Source: Strigamia acuminata (taxonomy: Eukaryota). Taken from it: a DNA stretch of 64,000 nt. Position 1 is the stretch's first letter. The number at the start of each line of letters is the position of its first letter. Made by a program: the position numbers and the translations under genes. This document shows positions 62,090 through 64,000 of this stretch, one piece after another. The notes under the pieces are model-generated. The model made no database searches. It saw only the letters and a program-made list of their open reading frames with translations, and was not told the origin of the DNA. Location: the NCBI GenBank assembly GCA_949358305.1, contig OX442314.1, forward strand, positions 27,714,001-27,778,000, written 5' to 3'.

Positions 62090-62645
62090 ACTTTGATTGA
62101 ACTTTTGATAGATTTGATAGAATTTTTGATAAATTTGATAGAATTTTTGATAAATTTGATAGAATTTTTGGTAAATTTAATGGATTTTTTGATGGATTTA
62201 ATGGAGTTTTTGATAGATTTAATAGAATTTTTGATAAATTTAATTAAAATTTCTGAAAGATTTCTTTCTGTTTTAACAAAAGAAATTAACATAAATTAAC
62301 AATTTTGATGAATTTTTGCGATTTCTGAAAAGATTTAGTGATTTCCAATGAACTTTAGTGATTTTCGATAAACTTTAGTGATTTCCGATGAACGTTAGTG
62401 ATTTCCGATGAACGTTAATGATTTCAATAAAATTTAGTGATGATTTCCGATGAGGTTCAGCGATTTCCAATGAGATTTAGCGATTTCCGATAAGATTTAG
62501 CAATTCCCGAATGAATTTTTATGAAAATCGCTAAATTTTATCAGAAATCACTTAAGCTCATCAAAAATCACCAAAGCTGATAGAAAATCACAAAAGTTCA
62601 TTGGAAATCACTAAATTTTTTCATAAATTACTAAATTTCATCGGA
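62090..62645. repeat. ~21-bp degenerate minisatellite arrays, partly in inverted orientation
   Basis: (GATAGAATTTTTGATAAATTT)n, then (TTAGTGATTTCCGATGAAC)n and its reverse complement. Confidence 0.75.
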
Positions 62646-63234
62646 AATTGTTACATTTCTATGAATTGCCTTCCAAAATTTTTCTTAATAAATTCGATAT
62701 TTGTATACTTTTTTAACTATACTGTTTCAGAAAAGTTATTAATTGGTAAACACCGGATATTTATGCAAAAAAATTTGCTTTATGCACATACAATTTGCAA
62801 AAAAAAACCTATTTTATGCAGTAAAAAATATAAAAATATTCTAAAGCTTCAAATAAATGCCTAGATTGAATTAGAACTTTCTAGAATGTGTTGGAGGGAA
62901 TGCCCACTGCACGTCACTGATTATGAGGGGGAAATAGTGTGGGGAATGACCTGCACACCTCTAGCCTAAGGCATCCAATGGAATGCTAATCTGTTTCCAT
63001 ATTCATCAATGTGTACTGTGTTTGTTTACACTGGACAGCCTCATTTTGAATCAAGGGTGACGTCATTGGTAAACACTGCCATTCCAGCTCAATTATTTTG
63101 CTAATTAGACATCTGCCATTATTTTAAAATATGTTTACATTTTTTGTATAGTATTTCTTATTTTTTAAAATTTAATTTAATATTAAAAAAAATTTATTAT
63201 TTATCTCCAAAGATCCAGTTGTTTCATTCTCAGA

Positions 63235-64000
63235 ATGTCATCATGTCATTACCAATTGAAGGAAAGTGAAATGAGCGAAATTTTACATAACAGTAAACAT
63301 GACGACTCATTTGTAAGTAAAATATACACCTCAAAGGTATTACAATCTAACTAATCTTCTTTTTGAATAATTTTCAGGAAAGTTCAATGAATATTAATGC
63401 AGAATCATCAGGATTTGGTAAGAAAGGTATTAAAAAGATTAGTAATAAAAATTATTTACAGGGATCAAAGAGACCACCTGTAACTGATGACAACAATCCA
63501 TTATTGCGGTCATCTTTAAGTGAAAGAGAGGCTAAAAAAGTTGCAAAATATTTAAAGGTAGACAATTCAGACAGAAGATGGAAGAATTAAAATATGTCAA
63601 TTATTCTTTATTTATAATTTGTTTAGAACCAACCATTTGCAAGAAAACACTTGGAATTTAATAATGCAGAAGAACAAGGAACCAGTATGCCTTCAGTATG
63701 TATGCCTTCAGTTCAATAACAAAAAACATCATTTAAACATTCTTAAATTCAATATTGTTTCAGCTTATCATTGCTTTTGTTCAAGAGAACAAATCAGCAA
63801 TGAAGATCCTCCAAAAAAAATACGTAGCCTAAAAAAGAAGCAACCTAAGGAAAGCAGACAGCAGCAGGAAATAATTAGTAGGCCACCAAATAAAACAGTT
63901 GCACCAGAAATTAGTGTAAATCAACTTGTCATTAATTTAATATACTTTAAAGCATAAATCTAATATATATATATTTTTTGCTTTTATTTTTTAGGAATGT
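63235..64000 (+). CDS. Probable 5' exons of an unidentified multi-exon gene running out of the window
   Basis: Short open segments bounded by polypyrimidine-AG and GT sites (e.g. ...HDDSF|ESSMNINAE...KYLK|NQPFARKHLEF...). No recognisable domain, and exon boundaries are ambiguous. Confidence 0.35.

Noticed and set aside
62059..62299. Heptad-like ORFs (LIEFLIN repeats)
   Set aside because: Translation of a 21-bp minisatellite.

Overview
AT-rich eukaryotic (invertebrate animal) genomic DNA with short spliceosomal introns and a 200-N scaffold gap at 56472-56671. From left to right it holds: three intronless paralogous genes for basic proteins ending in an RNPITG motif, separated by minisatellites; a 13-exon fumarylacetoacetase (FAH); a 10-exon ERp57/PDIA3-type disulfide isomerase; and a tandem array of three DEG/ENaC-superfamily genes (A 14686-21546, B 28105-44928, C 52995->55908, cut off by the gap). 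The standout observation is that each DEG/ENaC gene encodes two channel subunits in one polypeptide (834 aa and 4 TM segments in A and B). TM2 of unit 1 runs into TM1 of unit 2 inside one uninterrupted exon in all three copies, and the two halves share five intron positions. The window is dense with transposons: a DD41D rosa/Visitor Tc1-mariner with an intact ORF and its MITEs, solo LTRs, hAT, MULE, pogo and piggyBac-type elements, a RING-carrying MULE, and a 1-kb foldback with tRNA-like arms. There is also a BTB-BACK-Kelch pseudogene and two unidentified multi-exon gene fragments after the gap. All calls come from manual reading; no database searches were run.
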